Part shown: positions 1 through 13,560 of the stretch, one piece after another
Numbering within the stretch: position 1 is the stretch's first letter
Layout of the letters: every line of letters starts with the position of its first letter
From: Octopus vulgaris
Taxonomy: Eukaryota
Direction of reading: 5' to 3'
NCBI GenBank assembly: GCA_951406725.2
Contig: OX597815.1
Span: 71,610,001 to 71,674,000 of the forward strand
DNA: 64,000 nucleotides
The notes under the pieces: model-generated
Told to the model about the DNA's origin: nothing
The model's database searches: none
What the model saw: only the letters and a program-made list of their open reading frames with translations
Program-made: the position numbers and the translations under genes

Positions 1-211
1 GAAGAATTGTTAGTACACTAGTGGCATTTCATCTGTCTTAAGGTTCTGAGTTCAAATTCTGCCAAGGTTGACTTTGCCTTTCATCCTTTTGGGCTCAATA
101 AAATAAGTGCTAGTTGAACACTAGGGTCGATGCAATCGACTTAACCTCTCCCCGAAACTGCTGGCCTTGTGCCAAAATTTGAAATCGTCGGCGTCATTGT
201 TATTATTATTA
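1..211 (+). mobile_element. tRNA-derived SINE with Deu/Nin-like central domain and (ATT)n tail, 5' end cut by window edge
   Basis: Box-B-like GAGTTCAAATTC, core GCCTTTCATCCTTT..GG..CAATAAAATAAGT, tail GGCCTTGTGCCAAAATTTGAAA then ATT repeats; more than 15 related copies in the window. Confidence 0.75.
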
Positions 212-1015
212 TTCCCAATTATCAGACTCTAGGGATTTAACAGTATCAATATTATTAGTAGTTGATAATGTCACTGGGTGCAATGATTTTTTCAGGCTTT
301 TGTTTTAGATGTTTGGCTTGTGTGAGTTAGTAAAGCACTTAAAAGATATGTTATAGTAGTGGTAGTGGTGGTGGTGGCAGCTGCTACTATAAGTATTAGA
401 TAAATTTAATAAATTGTTTTTGCTTTATTTCAGTTTATTAAACCAACCATTTTCATTGGCTTTTGTTATGTAATATTTGTTTTATTGGGTGGGGGGAAGT
501 ACTTTACATTGATTGTATAGATCTGCTTTATATACAAATTTCTTTCGAAAAAGATTTGCTGAGAATTTCTATTTAGAAGCTCAGCTACAAAATATGAAAA
601 AGCTTTTAAAAAAATAAAACCCACACAAAAGAAAAAGAAAAAAAATTAGTAAACTTCTTTGAACTTGGTTAAATGAGTGGAAAGTTGGCTTGTTATCAGT
701 TTAGACTTGTAACCGAGCAACAGTAGAAAGTTGAAGGTTATAGCCCTCTGGGAACCATGGAATGATGCCATGGAATCTGTGTAGAGTTATTGCATTCACT
801 GTCAGCTCTCTCTTCAGAAAGATTACCAGCTGTATGTACTGTATGCAGTTACACACCGACCTCTGTGCATTAGGAACTCTCCATGGTTCCCACTTCTTAC
901 CACATGGTTTCAAGCTCTGTTTCCCTGTGAGGTACCTTGGGTAAGTCATCTACAATAACTTCAGGGAACCATTGCCTTTCAGTGGAATGGGTTGATAGAA
1001 ACTGTATGGAAGCCC

Positions 1016-1047
<32 letters not shown>

Positions 1048-2410
1048 GATGGAAGTCATGGAAAAACGAGATCCAGGAAGTTGTGGGACTAAGTATTGAA
1101 GGCTAATTTCAGAACACTGAGCCTTATGAAAGAGATGACAGAGGAGCAAGATATTCTGCCAGTTCACTGCCTTATTAATAATTCTATTATAGACACAAGG
1201 CCTGAAATATATGGGGAGGGGGCTGGTCAATTACATCAACCCTCAACTGGTACTTATTTTATCGACCCTGAAAGGATGAAACGCAAAGTTGACCTCAGTG
1301 GAATTTGAACTCAGAATGTAAAAAAGATTGACAAAATGCTTAGCAGCATTTCATCCATCTTTATACTGAGTTCAAATTCCACCAAGGTTGACTTTACTTT
1401 TCATCCTTTTGAGGTTGATAAAATAAGTACCAGTCAAGTACTAGGGTCAATGTAATTGACTTCCTCTCCCCTCAAAAACTGCTGGCCCTATGCCAAAATT
1501 TTCATTAATTAATTAATTAATAATAATAATAATAATAATAATAGAGATAAAAGCTGGACAAGTATATCTTTATCATTCACTCATCTTGTGCATTTCTTAT
1601 AAGCCAACATAGAAACTGCAAGTCTGTGTACCAGTAATTACAGTACACTGATTTGTGAATTCAGCCAATCAGTTGGATTTCTTTTTGATGTAATCTAGAG
1701 TGTGTGTGTGTGTTTGCACATGTGTGGTTATGTTTGCACATAAATCTTAAAATCTCTTAGCTCACTCATATATCCTGTCACATTATATCCTGTCTCCAGC
1801 TCCAGTTCTGTGTCAACTCATCTGAAGTTTAATTACTTTGACAGATTCATAGGTTTTGCATGAATTGTTCGAGCAAATTAGGTTCTTTCTCTTTATATTT
1901 ATTCATTTATTTCATTACATAGATGTAATGCTAACAATGTTTAGATTAACCCTAATCCATCTTTACACATGCATGCACACACTTTTTTTTTTACTGATCT
2001 CAGTTATTGAGCAATGTCTATGCTTCGGGAATTCAGTCAATCATATTGACTCCAGTACTTATTTCAGCCAGATACTAATCAATTTCTATTTGTTAGACTG
2101 CTAAGTTTAGAGATATGAAGGGACCTAAAACATAACACAAATTGTTAGTTAATGAGAATAAACACCAAACACGGGTGCATAAATTCAGAGACATAGAGAC
2201 AAACACAGGTGTGCATGTATTTGTGTGTAGGTGTTAAATAGGATATCCACACCAAAGCTAACATAGGAGGTCAATGCATCCTGCAACTCATCTAATCCTG
2301 TCCAACTCATGCTAGCATGTAAAATGAACATCGGATGATGATGATGATGATGTATATATATTATAGTGCCTGGGGAGAGTCATTTTGTTTTAATGTCTTA
2401 ACACACTAAC

Positions 2411-2551
2411 CAGTTCAATTTCCATTCATTTACTTATTTATTTTTTCTAAAATTTTTGTTGCTTCTTGCAACCTCTTCAAAAGTCAACTATTGAAGAGGT
2501 TGCAAGAAGCAAGGAAAATTTTAGAAAAAATAAATGAGTGGAAATCGAACC
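2411..2551. repeat. Near-perfect ~60-bp-arm palindrome, probable inverted Penelope-type terminal repeat with degenerate hammerhead motif
   Basis: Left arm ...TTTTTTCTAAAATTTTTGTTGCTTCTTGCAACCTCTTCAA (ends 2480), 10-nt spacer, right arm TTGAAGAGGTTGCAAGAAGCAAGGAAAATTTTAGAAAAAA (starts 2491). Confidence 0.7.
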
Positions 2552-2635
2552 AATCAACACAATAAAATATGCTTCAACACACAAATTCACATAAAGAATC
2601 TTGCAAACCAAGTACAAAATCGATATATCTATATA

Positions 2636-3893
2636 TCAGGTCATCCCATAAGTTCTGTCCGATTTTATCTTTTTTAAAATTGAATGAAATTTAATAGTAT
2701 TTTAGAATGTCTAATGGAATTAAAAATTACTTTTATGCATTTATGTACATTTAAACTAATTAAATATTATTTTACAGAGTAATAGAATTAAAATTTTTTT
2801 GATTAAAACCCTTTCTAATATGGAAGTATCCAAAGAGCATTTGAGGCACATAATGCTTTATGAGTACAAAAAAAGAAACTCTGCAACCGAAGCAACTCGA
2901 AACATACACACAGTTTATGGGAAAGAATGCTTAAATGAAAGAACTTGCAGAAGATGGTTTGCAAAATTCAGAAGTGGAGATTTCAGCCTTGAAGATGAAG
3001 ATAGAACAAGACATCCAGTTGAGTTTGATGGTAAGCTCCTTGAGACATTACTTGAAGAAAATCCTGCATTATCAGTTGAAGAATTAGCAATAAAGCTTAG
3101 TTCAAACCATACAACTGTTCATCATCATCTTCAACAACTTGGAAAGGTTCCTAAACTTGGAAAATGGGTACCTCATGAATTGTTCGAATGCAACCGCAAA
3201 TCCCCAAGTTAACATCTGCTCTTCTCTCCATTCTCGTGAACTCATTTGTGACTGGTGATGAAAAATGGATCTTCTATCGAAATGTCAAATGTCGTAAACA
3301 GTGACTTAGTAAAAGGGAAAAACTCAACCACAACCTAAAAGGGAACTTCATGGGAAAAAGGTTCTTCTCTCTATCTAGTGAGATTGCAAAGGAGTAATTC
3401 ACTTTGAATTGCTACCACCTAATGCAACAAGCAATACTCAAGTCTACTGTCAGCAATTAGAGCATTTGAACCAAGCTTTGAAGAAAAAAAGACCCACTTT
3501 AGTGAACCGAAAAGGATTGATATTTCATCAGGACAATGTGCAACCCCACACTGCAAAGATTACATCACAGAAGATCGAAGAGCTTGGTTGGGAAAAAATT
3601 CCTCATCCACCTTATTCTCCCGACCATGCTCCTTCAGACTACCATTTGTTTCGTAGTTTACAGAATCATTTGGGGGACATAACTTTCGCAAGCCAGGAGG
3701 AGGTCAAAACTGACATTTCAGAGTTCTTTGCTTTGAAACCAAAAGAATTTTACATTGATGGGATTAAAAAGCTTGTAAATAGATGGAAGGAAGTCATAGA
3801 TAATCAGGGAAAGTACATTGATGATTAAATTTAAATTAAATATAACATTTGATCACTTGTTTTCTTTATTCAAAATTCAGACAGAACTTATGG
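2636..3893 (+). mobile_element. mariner (DD34D) DNA transposon, defective
   Basis: Left TIR TCAGGTCATCCCATAAGTTCTGTCCGATTTT after TA; right TIR AAAATTCAGACAGAACTTATGG (3872-3893) missing its outer end; transposase remnants inside. Confidence 0.92.
2820..3828 (+). pseudogene. mariner transposase, frameshifted and with stops
   Basis: N-terminal HTH region and WVPHEL linker in ORF 2799-3212; HQDN...YSPDHAPSDY with 34 residues between the last two Asp in ORF 3409-3828. Confidence 0.92.
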
Positions 3894-3907
3894 CAAAATC
3901 TTATATA

Positions 3908-4300
3908 TCTTTATATATAAAAGTCAAGTTGTGTGTCTGTCTCCTACGATTTAGATTCCTAACTACTCCCACATTTTGCGGTGCAGTGTAACCAAAAGCG
4001 GGTATCTTATAGTCGTGATTCATATCGAGCCCTTCTGGGTATTAGCGCGCGTCTACGACGAGTCTACGATTTTAAAAAAAATTTACCATCATTTTTTCCC
4101 ATTTTTAATGCATTTTTTTGCTATTATATACGGGAAGTAACTCTCTAAAAATGTATTATTAAATCTCAGAACATAAAAAGCTAGTTACACCCCCCTTTGT
4201 GGTTAGCCATATTGAGATGGCTATTATACTTTACATCTCTAAAAATGCTTATATAGTTATTCCCCTTACAAACCCGAGCAACGCCGGGCGATACTGCTAG
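3908..4300 (+). mobile_element. Non-autonomous Helitron (~393 bp)
   Basis: 5' TC (TCTTTATATATAAAAG), subterminal GC hairpin CCCGAGCAACGCCGGG (4273-4288), 3' CTAG at 4297-4300, flanked by A and T with no TSD. Confidence 0.85.
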
Positions 4301-5183
4301 TATATATATATATATGAGAAAAAAATGGGATTAAAAAATCCTGGCAGATATCAATAACGCACTCTGTATCAAAAGAATTTGGTTATAAATGTTCAGCAAT
4401 CAGATACCAGTAAGTGTAAGTAGAATACATATCCCAGGTAAATCCAAATATCGTTTGGCAGAATTCCGAGAGATTCAGAGTATTTAACAACAAAAAATAT
4501 GTACAGAGAAAATTATATCTTTATTATAGATCTCACCTCATAAAGTTGACAATTATTTCTATTTCATTAACACACACACATATACATGCATGCACACATA
4601 CATACATACATACATACATAAGAGAGAGAGAGAGAGAGAGAGAATATCATTAAAATTAATATTGATATCCTAATATCCTCAAAAATATATGTTAATACAA
4701 CATTATCAAGGCTAATGAAATTCAAATTGAACATTTGAAATATTACCAGTTTATAAACACTAACAAAAAAATGCCTAAATCGAATTCAACCTCAAACATT
4801 CCTTCATTCAACTAATAGTGACATCATTGGATATGAAAATAAAATAATAAATAAACATATTATGGCATGGGACTGGCATACTACACAAAGAATAAAACAT
4901 CAATCTTCATTTTATGTAGAGAAGAGGATCCCACTAACAATTCTCTAATTGGGCCCTGTACTTCCTAGTTCCAGGCCTGCATACAAATATGTGTCCCCAC
5001 TTGTCACTGCTGTAGCAAAACAATAGTTATGTTGACGTTATAACTGAAAAAAAAAGTCCTTTTCTTGAAAGGAAACGGGTAAGAATTGGCAAGAAGAGCA
5101 TTTGCCAGTAAAATCCAGCCTCAAATAATTCCATGTGTAACCCATGTTAGCATGGAAAAACAGATATTAAATAAATTATATAT

Positions 5184-5543
5184 ATGGCTGTGTGCTTGAA
5201 AAGTTTCTATCTCAGTTACATGGTTTGGGCTTTATTCCCACTGCATAGCACCTTGGGCAAGTGTTTTTTTTTTCCTTCTATAGCCCTATGTGTGTGTTAG
5301 TGTCTCATTATCTTGATATGGCATGATAGTTGTAAACAAACATCACTGTCATACAGGCAGTGTTGATCATTTCCAGTCTTCGATGAAAATATACCTGGCC
5401 AAAGGGAAATATTACCTTACTTGATACAGTTGAAGGTTCAGTTGGCTACAGTAAGGCACCTGACCATTGAAAATCTCTCAACAAATTACATCCAATCCAT
5501 ACAAGCATGGAAAAGTTGAACATTAAAATGATGATGATGATGA
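5184..5543 (+). mobile_element. tRNA-head CORE-like SINE with RTE-derived 3' tail
   Basis: Head TGGCTGTGTG...GCACCTTGGGCAAGTG; tail ...CCATACAAGCATGGAAAAGTTGAACATTAAA(ATG)n resembles the RTE 3' end at 59661-59720; other copies near 26455, 34020, 47255. Confidence 0.7.
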
Positions 5544-6570
5544 CAATTATACACACACAAATGATAAGTTTTTGCAGTATGCAGTATCCATTTATCAAAT
5601 CCCACTCAGAATCTATTGGTCAACCCAAGACTTTAATAAAGCACATTTGCCCTTTTATATCCCCTAATATTCAACAAATCAGTCATTAAAATAACTGTCC
5701 ATCTGATTTAAGTGGCAGCAATTTATAAACCACTCAAAGAAAGCTCCCAATGATAACGTTACTTGATTCAATTCTGATTTCTAATTTGATTAATCCCTAT
5801 CAGATATGAAGGGTTTATTATATCAACTCTTTGGGGAAATTCCTTAAATGGGCTTCATTGTTCTTGCTCAAAAACAGTGATTTATCTTCTCTAATATGCT
5901 CTCTCTCTCTTTCTCTCATTATTTCATTCCTCTGTCTCATTTCTTTCCTTTCTCGCTCATACACTTGCTTATACTTCCTTTTTCTGTCCCTCTCTCTCTT
6001 GTCTTTTCTCTTTCTTCTTTATCATAAAGATCTTGATTTGTTTTACTCTCATATAGAGAAAGCCAGTTATGAATACTTCTTGATTCTACTTTTTTAGAAT
6101 GACAGGAATAGCTCCAAGGCAAATTGGAAGTTTTAAAATATCTAAATATCAACTCATCACATCTCTAAGTTCAGATTCTACCCAAGCCACTACCTGGCTT
6201 TCCTTCATATTCAATAAAGCTAATACCTCTGATATACTGATGTTGATGTGATCACAAAGTCTTTTAAAGGAAAATAGAGCTTTATATTGGATAAAGGATC
6301 TGTTACAGATTCTTGCACATACTAATTAGCAGCAGCAACTCCTTTTACTGCTCTTTGGTTTATACATATTCTCAGATACTCCTTTTTAATATTGCTTTTT
6401 AGTCATCTTCTATACTTCTTTACTTGTCTTATTCTGCTTGTTTACTCTTTCTCCTTCCTATAACCTGTAGTTTCTATTTTCCATTTCAATTTTTTTTTCA
6501 TTTTTAACCACCTCGTGTAAGTTCTTAAATTCTTTCTTCTTTTAATATTGTTTATTTTAAATTATAACAC

Positions 6571-6796
6571 TTACCCCCTTAGTATTCAAACCAGCCATAT
6601 CAGGTCCGAATATTCTGCTTGTTTTATGTTCAAACTGGCCAGAGCAGGCCTCTCACACCTACCCTACAATGTCATTCTTAGAATAAACAATAACCTCATT
6701 GAAATCTTAAAGTTACAAGATAGTGTATGGTAAATTCAAAATAATGTGAATAAATAAGCATCACATTTGACAGTAATCTGAATGCTTAATGGTTAA
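6571..6796 (+). mobile_element. piggyBac-type MITE, family B (degenerate copy)
   Basis: Homologous to 31652-31873; TTAC/TTAA flanks. Confidence 0.65.
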
Positions 6797-7890
6797 ATAC
6801 AAAGAAACAGGGTGGGGGAAAGCGGATAAGAAAGGAAAAGAAAAAAGGAGGCATAAAGCAACAGAAGATGGTAGGGAGGGTGATGAGCCACATCTCTCCA
6901 CCCCACACTGAACAAATAGTGTGCCCAGTTGCATCCCACAGTAATGACCATGATGGCATTGCTGTGGAGAGTGGTCAGTGACACTCTCTGCAGCAGCCAC
7001 TCCACCCAGCAGGGCTAATTTCTCTGATTGGCCGCCCTTATCCCTACTTTGCAGAGGAAATTGATAGACGGGGTCCATGTGGCTTCACTTCCAACACATG
7101 CATCTCAATTGATGCCACATGAGTTTGGAGTGTGGGTAGGTTCACCCCACCCCACCTGTCTTTCACTTCAGTGCCTGCACTTTTAACAGTCATTCCATCC
7201 ATGTATTCCAGTATGTATTTATATATATTATATTCATAAAACCAAATTGACACCATGTCATATAACAATAAATCGCTGCCCCACCACCACCACCACCACT
7301 CCCCTGTCATGTTGTGCCTTAGTCCTGTTATATTTTTAGTTTTTTAATTTGTTTTTTGTTTGTTTTTTTTTATGAGGGGTATTATTTATTTATTTTAGAA
7401 AATCTAGCTCACTACCACTGCAACTATCAGAACCACCATCACCACTACCACTAATGCCAACATTGATATAACAAACAACACAGTTGTAGTGTACTGCAGT
7501 GAAATAAATAAATAAGTGAAAAATAAACAAACATGCATGTGTGTATACACACACACACACGTGTGTGTGAGATAGCCAATCTATTGTATGTATTTTGTGT
7601 GTGAAACCTGCCATTTCTTTTGTCTGTCTAATAATACCATTTTAATTGGAACTTTCACAGCGCTCTGTTCTGGTATTTTGGACAGCATACCCAATCCTCT
7701 TTTAGGCATCGGTTTTGTTCCATTTTAATTTCATCTCTTCTTTGTTTTTTTATTGTTTTTTGTTTGTCTGTATGAACATGTATGAGGTACATGTGTTGTG
7801 ATGTATGTGTATTTTTAAACATGTATGTGTGTGCTTATATAGTATGTGTTTGTGGTTGTTAGTCTGTTTTATGTGTGTGTGTGTGTATAG

Positions 7891-7927
<37 letters not shown>

Positions 7928-8566
7928 GGAGGGAGAATAGGAGATATATAGATAGAAGTGTGTGCATGTGTATATATATATATATATATGCATTTGTGAT
8001 TGTTGGTGTTGTGTGTGTATCTTTCATTTAAGAGTAAAAGTGTTATGTCTATTTTTATGCTTGATATGTAATCATACATTACATTTTTGTTATGCATGTG
8101 TGTATATGTTATACATGAATATATGTTGTGTGTGTGTGCATACATGTTTGTGTATTTTGTTTTAAATCACAAAAATTGTATTGTTTCCATTTGGCTATGA
8201 GAGGGAAAATTTTATTTAAATATGGAAACTTCTGCCAAGAAATATAATTATTTCAGATTTTGTTTTACTGGTGTAGTATTTATGAATATTTCTGTTTTCC
8301 TACTGAGTTGGTTGTTTTGGGGGTTTTTTTCACTTGTATTTAGTAACAGCATTCTGTTGTGACTAACAGGGTATTTTTGAAGAAAATCAGTTGGTATTGC
8401 AAAAATGATAATATATAAAAAAAAAAAACCTCTTTGACTTACCTTTTGTTGGACCCTTCACCAAAAACGAGTGCTACTACTATCCTACTATTATTTATCT
8501 TAGAGAGTTGTAAGTGCTACTACTATCCTGGTAGTTCATCATCATCATACTTCCACTTTCCATGCC

Positions 8567-8825
8567 GGTGAAGACATATGGCTTAGTGGTTAAGGTGTCA
8601 GACTCATAATCGTAAGATTGTGGCTTCACTTCCTGGACCAGGTGACACATTGTGTTCTTGGGCAAAACACTTCATTTCACATTGCTCCAGTCCACTCAGC
8701 TGATAAAAATGAGTAACCCTGTGATAGACTGGCATCCTGTCCGAGAGGGGAATATATATGCCTTGGAAACCGAAAAACAGACCCTTATGAGTCAGTATGA
8801 CTCTAAAAGGAAACTTTACCTTTTC
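8567..8825 (+). mobile_element. tRNA-head SINE with Meta/MESC-like core
   Basis: Box A TGGCTTAGTGG; core TTCTTGGGCAAAACACTT...CCACTCAGCTG...CCTGTGATAGACTGGCATCCTGTCC; related heads at 13195-13780 (-) and 49535-49887 (+). Confidence 0.6.
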
Positions 8826-11454
8826 TTTTTACTCTCCATGCTGGCACAGGCTGGATGGATTACAATGCTTGGTGTCAGCACATATTCAGTGGTGCTCTTA
8901 GATGAGTTGGCAGGACCATGTTGCAGTTGTTTCATTTTTGGTGTGGTTTCTACAACTGAATGCCCTTCCTAACACCCACCACTTTACAGAATATATTTGG
9001 TGCTTTTTCTTTTATACTTTGATGCACCACCAATATAGCAATTGCTGTCCTCAATGCAAGGTCTGATATTCCAGCTCATTGCATGCAGAGTTCAAATATT
9101 GACATGGTGTACGTAAGTGGTAGACCATTGCCCAGCTTAACATCACCACCCAGTACTCTGGTGCATTTAGTGTTGGTCACTCTGCTGCAAACATTCAAAC
9201 CAGATTTCCACTTGGGGGTAATTCTCTCTCTCTCTCTCCTACCAGTCTTGGAGATCCTATAAATTATTAGAACACTACCATTTTCTTCATAACAATAAAA
9301 ACAAAAAAGATATCTGTACAGTTAGATGAATTGTAGCACACAGAAATTGTGTTCATATTAAACACAAAAACAATACTTTTGTCACGTGGTTGTGTTTGCT
9401 TGTTGGCTGTGTGTAAATGGATAAACAATACATGCAAACAATTAACAGGAGCTTTATTTACTGCATATAGTGTTTTCCACGTTGGTCTTTGGATGAAGAA
9501 TAAAAGCAACAATTTGTACACACTGGATGAGACAAACTCTGGGTTCTATAACAAAATAGCTGATATGTATCAATCTGTGACTAGGTCATCAGAACTGGGG
9601 AAATATCATGCTAAGTCCATGACAGTGAATCTATACCTTGAGTATGCACAGCCAGAGAATGGAGTTGTTAAAACAACTGTTTCAGCATTCTGAAGTTACT
9701 GCCAAAAATACGCCTTTTATTAGGCACATTAAAAGGTTCTAAAAAGTAAGTCAAATTGTGATGACTTGACACTGATTGGTCAGTTGATCAGACAATCATG
9801 TGAAACGATAGTGATCTCAGCATGGCATCCACACAGCTGTCCAGTGCTTTAGTTTCAAATCTGCTACACCTTCAGAGTAAATATTGAACTTGAGACCTTT
9901 GAATTACTGCTTCAAATTACTGCTTCAGTATGTTATCTATTCACTAGTCTCTAATCTGTATGTCAGCATAAGTTGATGAAACTCATTTTTATGTAGCTCT
10001 TTTGTTGTTTTTAGTCTTAAAGCCCCAATACTGTTGTCTCTCATAGCAGACTTTTAAAGTCATCATGACCCAGTACCATTGTCTATCATAGCAGACTGAT
10101 AAAGACGTCACAAATTCCCTATTTCTACATATATTACTAAAACCAAAATTCTGAAGGATCAACTCTTCTGCTATAGTTATTTTTTTTATCTTTTATTTTT
10201 TACTTGTTTCAAGCATTGGACTGCAGCCATATTGGAGCAGTGCCTTGAGAAGTGTAGTCAAACAAATCAACCCCTGAACATATTTTTGTTTCTTGTATCT
10301 ATTCTATTGGACCCTTTTGCTAAACCATTAAGTCACAGGGATGTAAAAAAAAAAAAAAAGACCTGTTATCAAGCAGTTGGGAGACAACCACACACACAGA
10401 TAGTTTCCATCTACCAAATTCATTCACAAGGCAACATTTGACCCCGGGCTATAATTGAAGCTATTTGCCCAAGATGCCACACAGTGGGACTGAATACCAA
10501 ACCATGTAGTTGCAAAGTGAGCTTCTTAACTACATATCCATGTTTGCACCTACATTTATACGATTATCTCCAAATTAAGCCAAATTTGTTGATTTCATGA
10601 AAGCCATTACAAATCTTTGATTCTAAATGATCCTTTATATTGATAACAGTACAGAGCAGTGTGTTAACCATGTTCACTTGTCATGGCTATAATATTGTTT
10701 AGCCCCATCCAATTGGCTTTTGATGAAGCAGACCTTAAAATCACAGACCTAGCCTTAGCAATCTGTTTCTTTCAAACATATATATATCCAGGAGTCTATC
10801 ATCCAATCTCTCTGTCTTTTGAAGAAAGTATGGTGTAATTTTTAAGAAGAATTTAGCTGCTGTTTCCTGTAAGTCAAGTGACTACATACAAACCCCCTTA
10901 TTGTTGTGACACTAGATGAGAAGAAACAAATTATTGTCAATTTGACCTCAGTAACAATATTTCTAGTGTAACAGATATGAAGAAACTGGATTAAACAGAT
11001 GTTTGAATCTTATCAAAGAATATTCTTCCTTTGGAGAATAGTCTGTTCCAGTCACATGACATTATGATATTAAATATAATTAAAATAATAATAATAAATA
11101 AATAAAAGAAAAAAGACAAATTTTCTTTAAGTTTTTTTCTTCTTTCTTTTCAATGCCTGACCTCTTTTTTCTCTTCCTCTCTCTCTCCTTTCCACAAAGT
11201 TCCTCTCCAGCTAACCATTTTCATATATCTTTTTTTCTTCATTTTTTAATTCTATTTTTGGAAGTCAAACTTCCTACAATTCTTGTAATCTAATCTAACA
11301 TCATGGCAGTTCTTTGACCCAAGTTTATGAGGTGTGGTTTCAACAAATGGTTCTTAGTTTTCATTTTTATAGTGCACCACACCTCTATCCTTGTCATCGT
11401 CATCATCACCACCACTGCTGCCGCCACCATCATCATCATCTTTATCATCAATCT

Positions 11455-11676
11455 TTTATCTTTTACTTGTTTCACTCATTACACTGTGGCCATGCTGGAG
11501 CACTGCCTTGAAAAATTTTAGTTGAACTTATCAACCCCAGTACTTATTATTTTTTTTGAGTCAAACCTGGTACTTATTCTATCAATCTCTTTTGCCAAAC
11601 CACCAAGTTACAGGGAGGTAAACAGACTAGCACCATTTGTCAAGCAATGGTAGGACACACACGCACAAACACACAC

Positions 11677-11737
<61 letters not shown>

Positions 11738-12235
11738 GTACACAGAACAGGCTTTTTCAGTTTCATCAACCAAGTTCACTTACAAGGTTTATTCTACATT
11801 CTGTTTCTGTCATGGGTCAGAAGAATCTATATTTTTTATCTTTTATTTGTCTCAGTCATTGGATTACAGCCATGCTGGGGCATAGCCTTGAAGTGTTTAC
11901 TCAAACAAATTGATCCCAGTACTTTTTTTATTTAACGCCTGGTACTTGTTCTATCAATACCCGCTGCTGAACTGCTAAGTTATGGGAATGTTAAAAAACA
12001 CCAGTTGTCAAGTGGTAGAGGAACAGACACAAAAATACACACACACATGCTTATATATATATACATATGTATATGATGGGCTTCTTTCAGTTTCCGTCTA
12101 CCATTTCCACTCACAAGACATTTTTTGTTCCATGGCTAAAGTAGAGGATATTTGCTTAAGCTGTCACACAGTGGAACCAAACCCAAAACTACAGAGTTGA
12201 GAAGCAAACTTCTTACCACATAGCCATGCCTGTAA
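11455..12235 (-). mobile_element. Two adjacent CORE-like SINE copies with CR1-type tail
   Basis: Reverse complement of the 42329-42740 family, with tail TTTTACTTGTTTCA..CATT..ACTG.GGCCATGCTGG.GCA; a further copy at 10190-10550. Confidence 0.65.
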
Positions 12236-12249
12236 CTCTTCATATAGAG

Positions 12250-12527
12250 CAGTGATACTCAACTAGGGTCCATATGGCTCTTAGGGGTCCATATGCGATT
12301 TTGTAGTTAAAACTTTATATGCAATAAAATTGATTATACTTCTATAATAAATAAAATATCTTAACAGTTTCTTTATACAATTCCTATTATATTTTTATAA
12401 TTAAATATCATTATTTGATTATAAAAATTTAATAGAATTTTTTAAATTATTGAATGACTGTGAGGGTCCAGTAGAATAAAATAGGAATCAAAGGGGTCCA
12501 TGGGTGAAAAATGGCTGAGAAACACTA
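12250..12527. mobile_element. hAT-type MITE
   Basis: TIRs CAGTGATACTCAAC / GCTGAGAAACACTA; perfect 8-bp TSD ATATAGAG (12242-12249, 12528-12535); internal GGGGTCCA repeats. Confidence 0.88.
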
Positions 12528-12833
12528 ATATAGAGTAATTCTTTTCATCAAAGGTTAGCGATTTTTTGTAAGGACTGACTATCTTAGTTCAGGTGAATTG
12601 ATTTTCAAAACTTAAACAAAAAGGTTTTAACACATTATGGTGGTAGTTTTCTACCAAGTTCTCTAAGTTATGTGGACTTGACCCTTAAGTTTTGCTGCTA
12701 TATACATAGACAGAACTAGGATCCAGTCATTAACCTCCAGCTTCCCACCATATGTTGGCACAGCATGTAAAAAGATATCAGTTGTTCTTTGAATCTTGCT
12801 TCTCTTTATATGTTAATGCTCTATATGCATGGT

Positions 12834-13057
12834 TTAACCCCTTTGATACCAAACCCTGCAAGACCACCCCTGGTTCTATGAGACAAATATCATGCTTGAA
12901 GTGATCTAAATTAAAACTGTCTTGTGAAATTTCATGCTGATTTATGTTCCATAAACCATGTAAATAAGGACAAAGTTATTTTAAATTTTACACTATTTCT
13001 GAAATTATAGAGAATGGCAATATATTTCAGATGAAATACAAGAACAAAGAGGGTTAA
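12834..13057 (-). mobile_element. piggyBac-type MITE, family A
   Basis: TTAA|CCC...GGG|TTAA termini; homologous in reverse to 37050-37640 and 44967-46632. Confidence 0.75.
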
Positions 13058-13194
13058 AGCTAAATATTAATTAATAACTTCCCACTTTCTTCTACTCTAC
13101 ATCCTGAACTGCTTTAAACATGATAAACCCTGGGACTAAATCTTTGCTGTGAGCTTCAACATATTGGTGAAAATGATGGTACTTGTTTCATATG

Positions 13195-13560
13195 AATGAC
13201 TCCATCAGTCACGAATGACCATGGGTGCACCTAAGAGGTTCCCCTCCGGGGTACAAGTCTGGGCAGAAAGTCGCCTCACTGGTAAATGCACAACCTAGGG
13301 TTGTTTTTATGGATGACCAGCAGTCGCCCATGCATACCAGCCTCCCCTCTTCATACCACCGATGTTATCCAAGGGAAAGGCAAAGGCCAATACAGCTAGG
13401 CACCAGTGATGTTGCAACTCATTTCTACAGCTGAGTGAACTGGAGCAACATAAAATAAAGTGTCTTACTCAAGAACACAACATGCAGCCTGGTTTGGGAA
13501 TCAAACTCACTACCTCACGATTGTAAGCTCAAAGCTCTAACCACTGAGCCATGCTCCTTT
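13195..13560 (-). mobile_element. tRNA-head SINE (same family as 49535-49887)
   Basis: Minus-strand head GGAGCATGGCTCAGTGGTTAGAGC...GAGTTTGATTCC; shared body CCAGTTCACTCAGCTGTAGAAATG. Confidence 0.65.

Noticed and set aside
9349-9693. 114-aa ORF with protein-like composition
   Set aside because: No recognisable domain, non-ATG start and no clear splice sites
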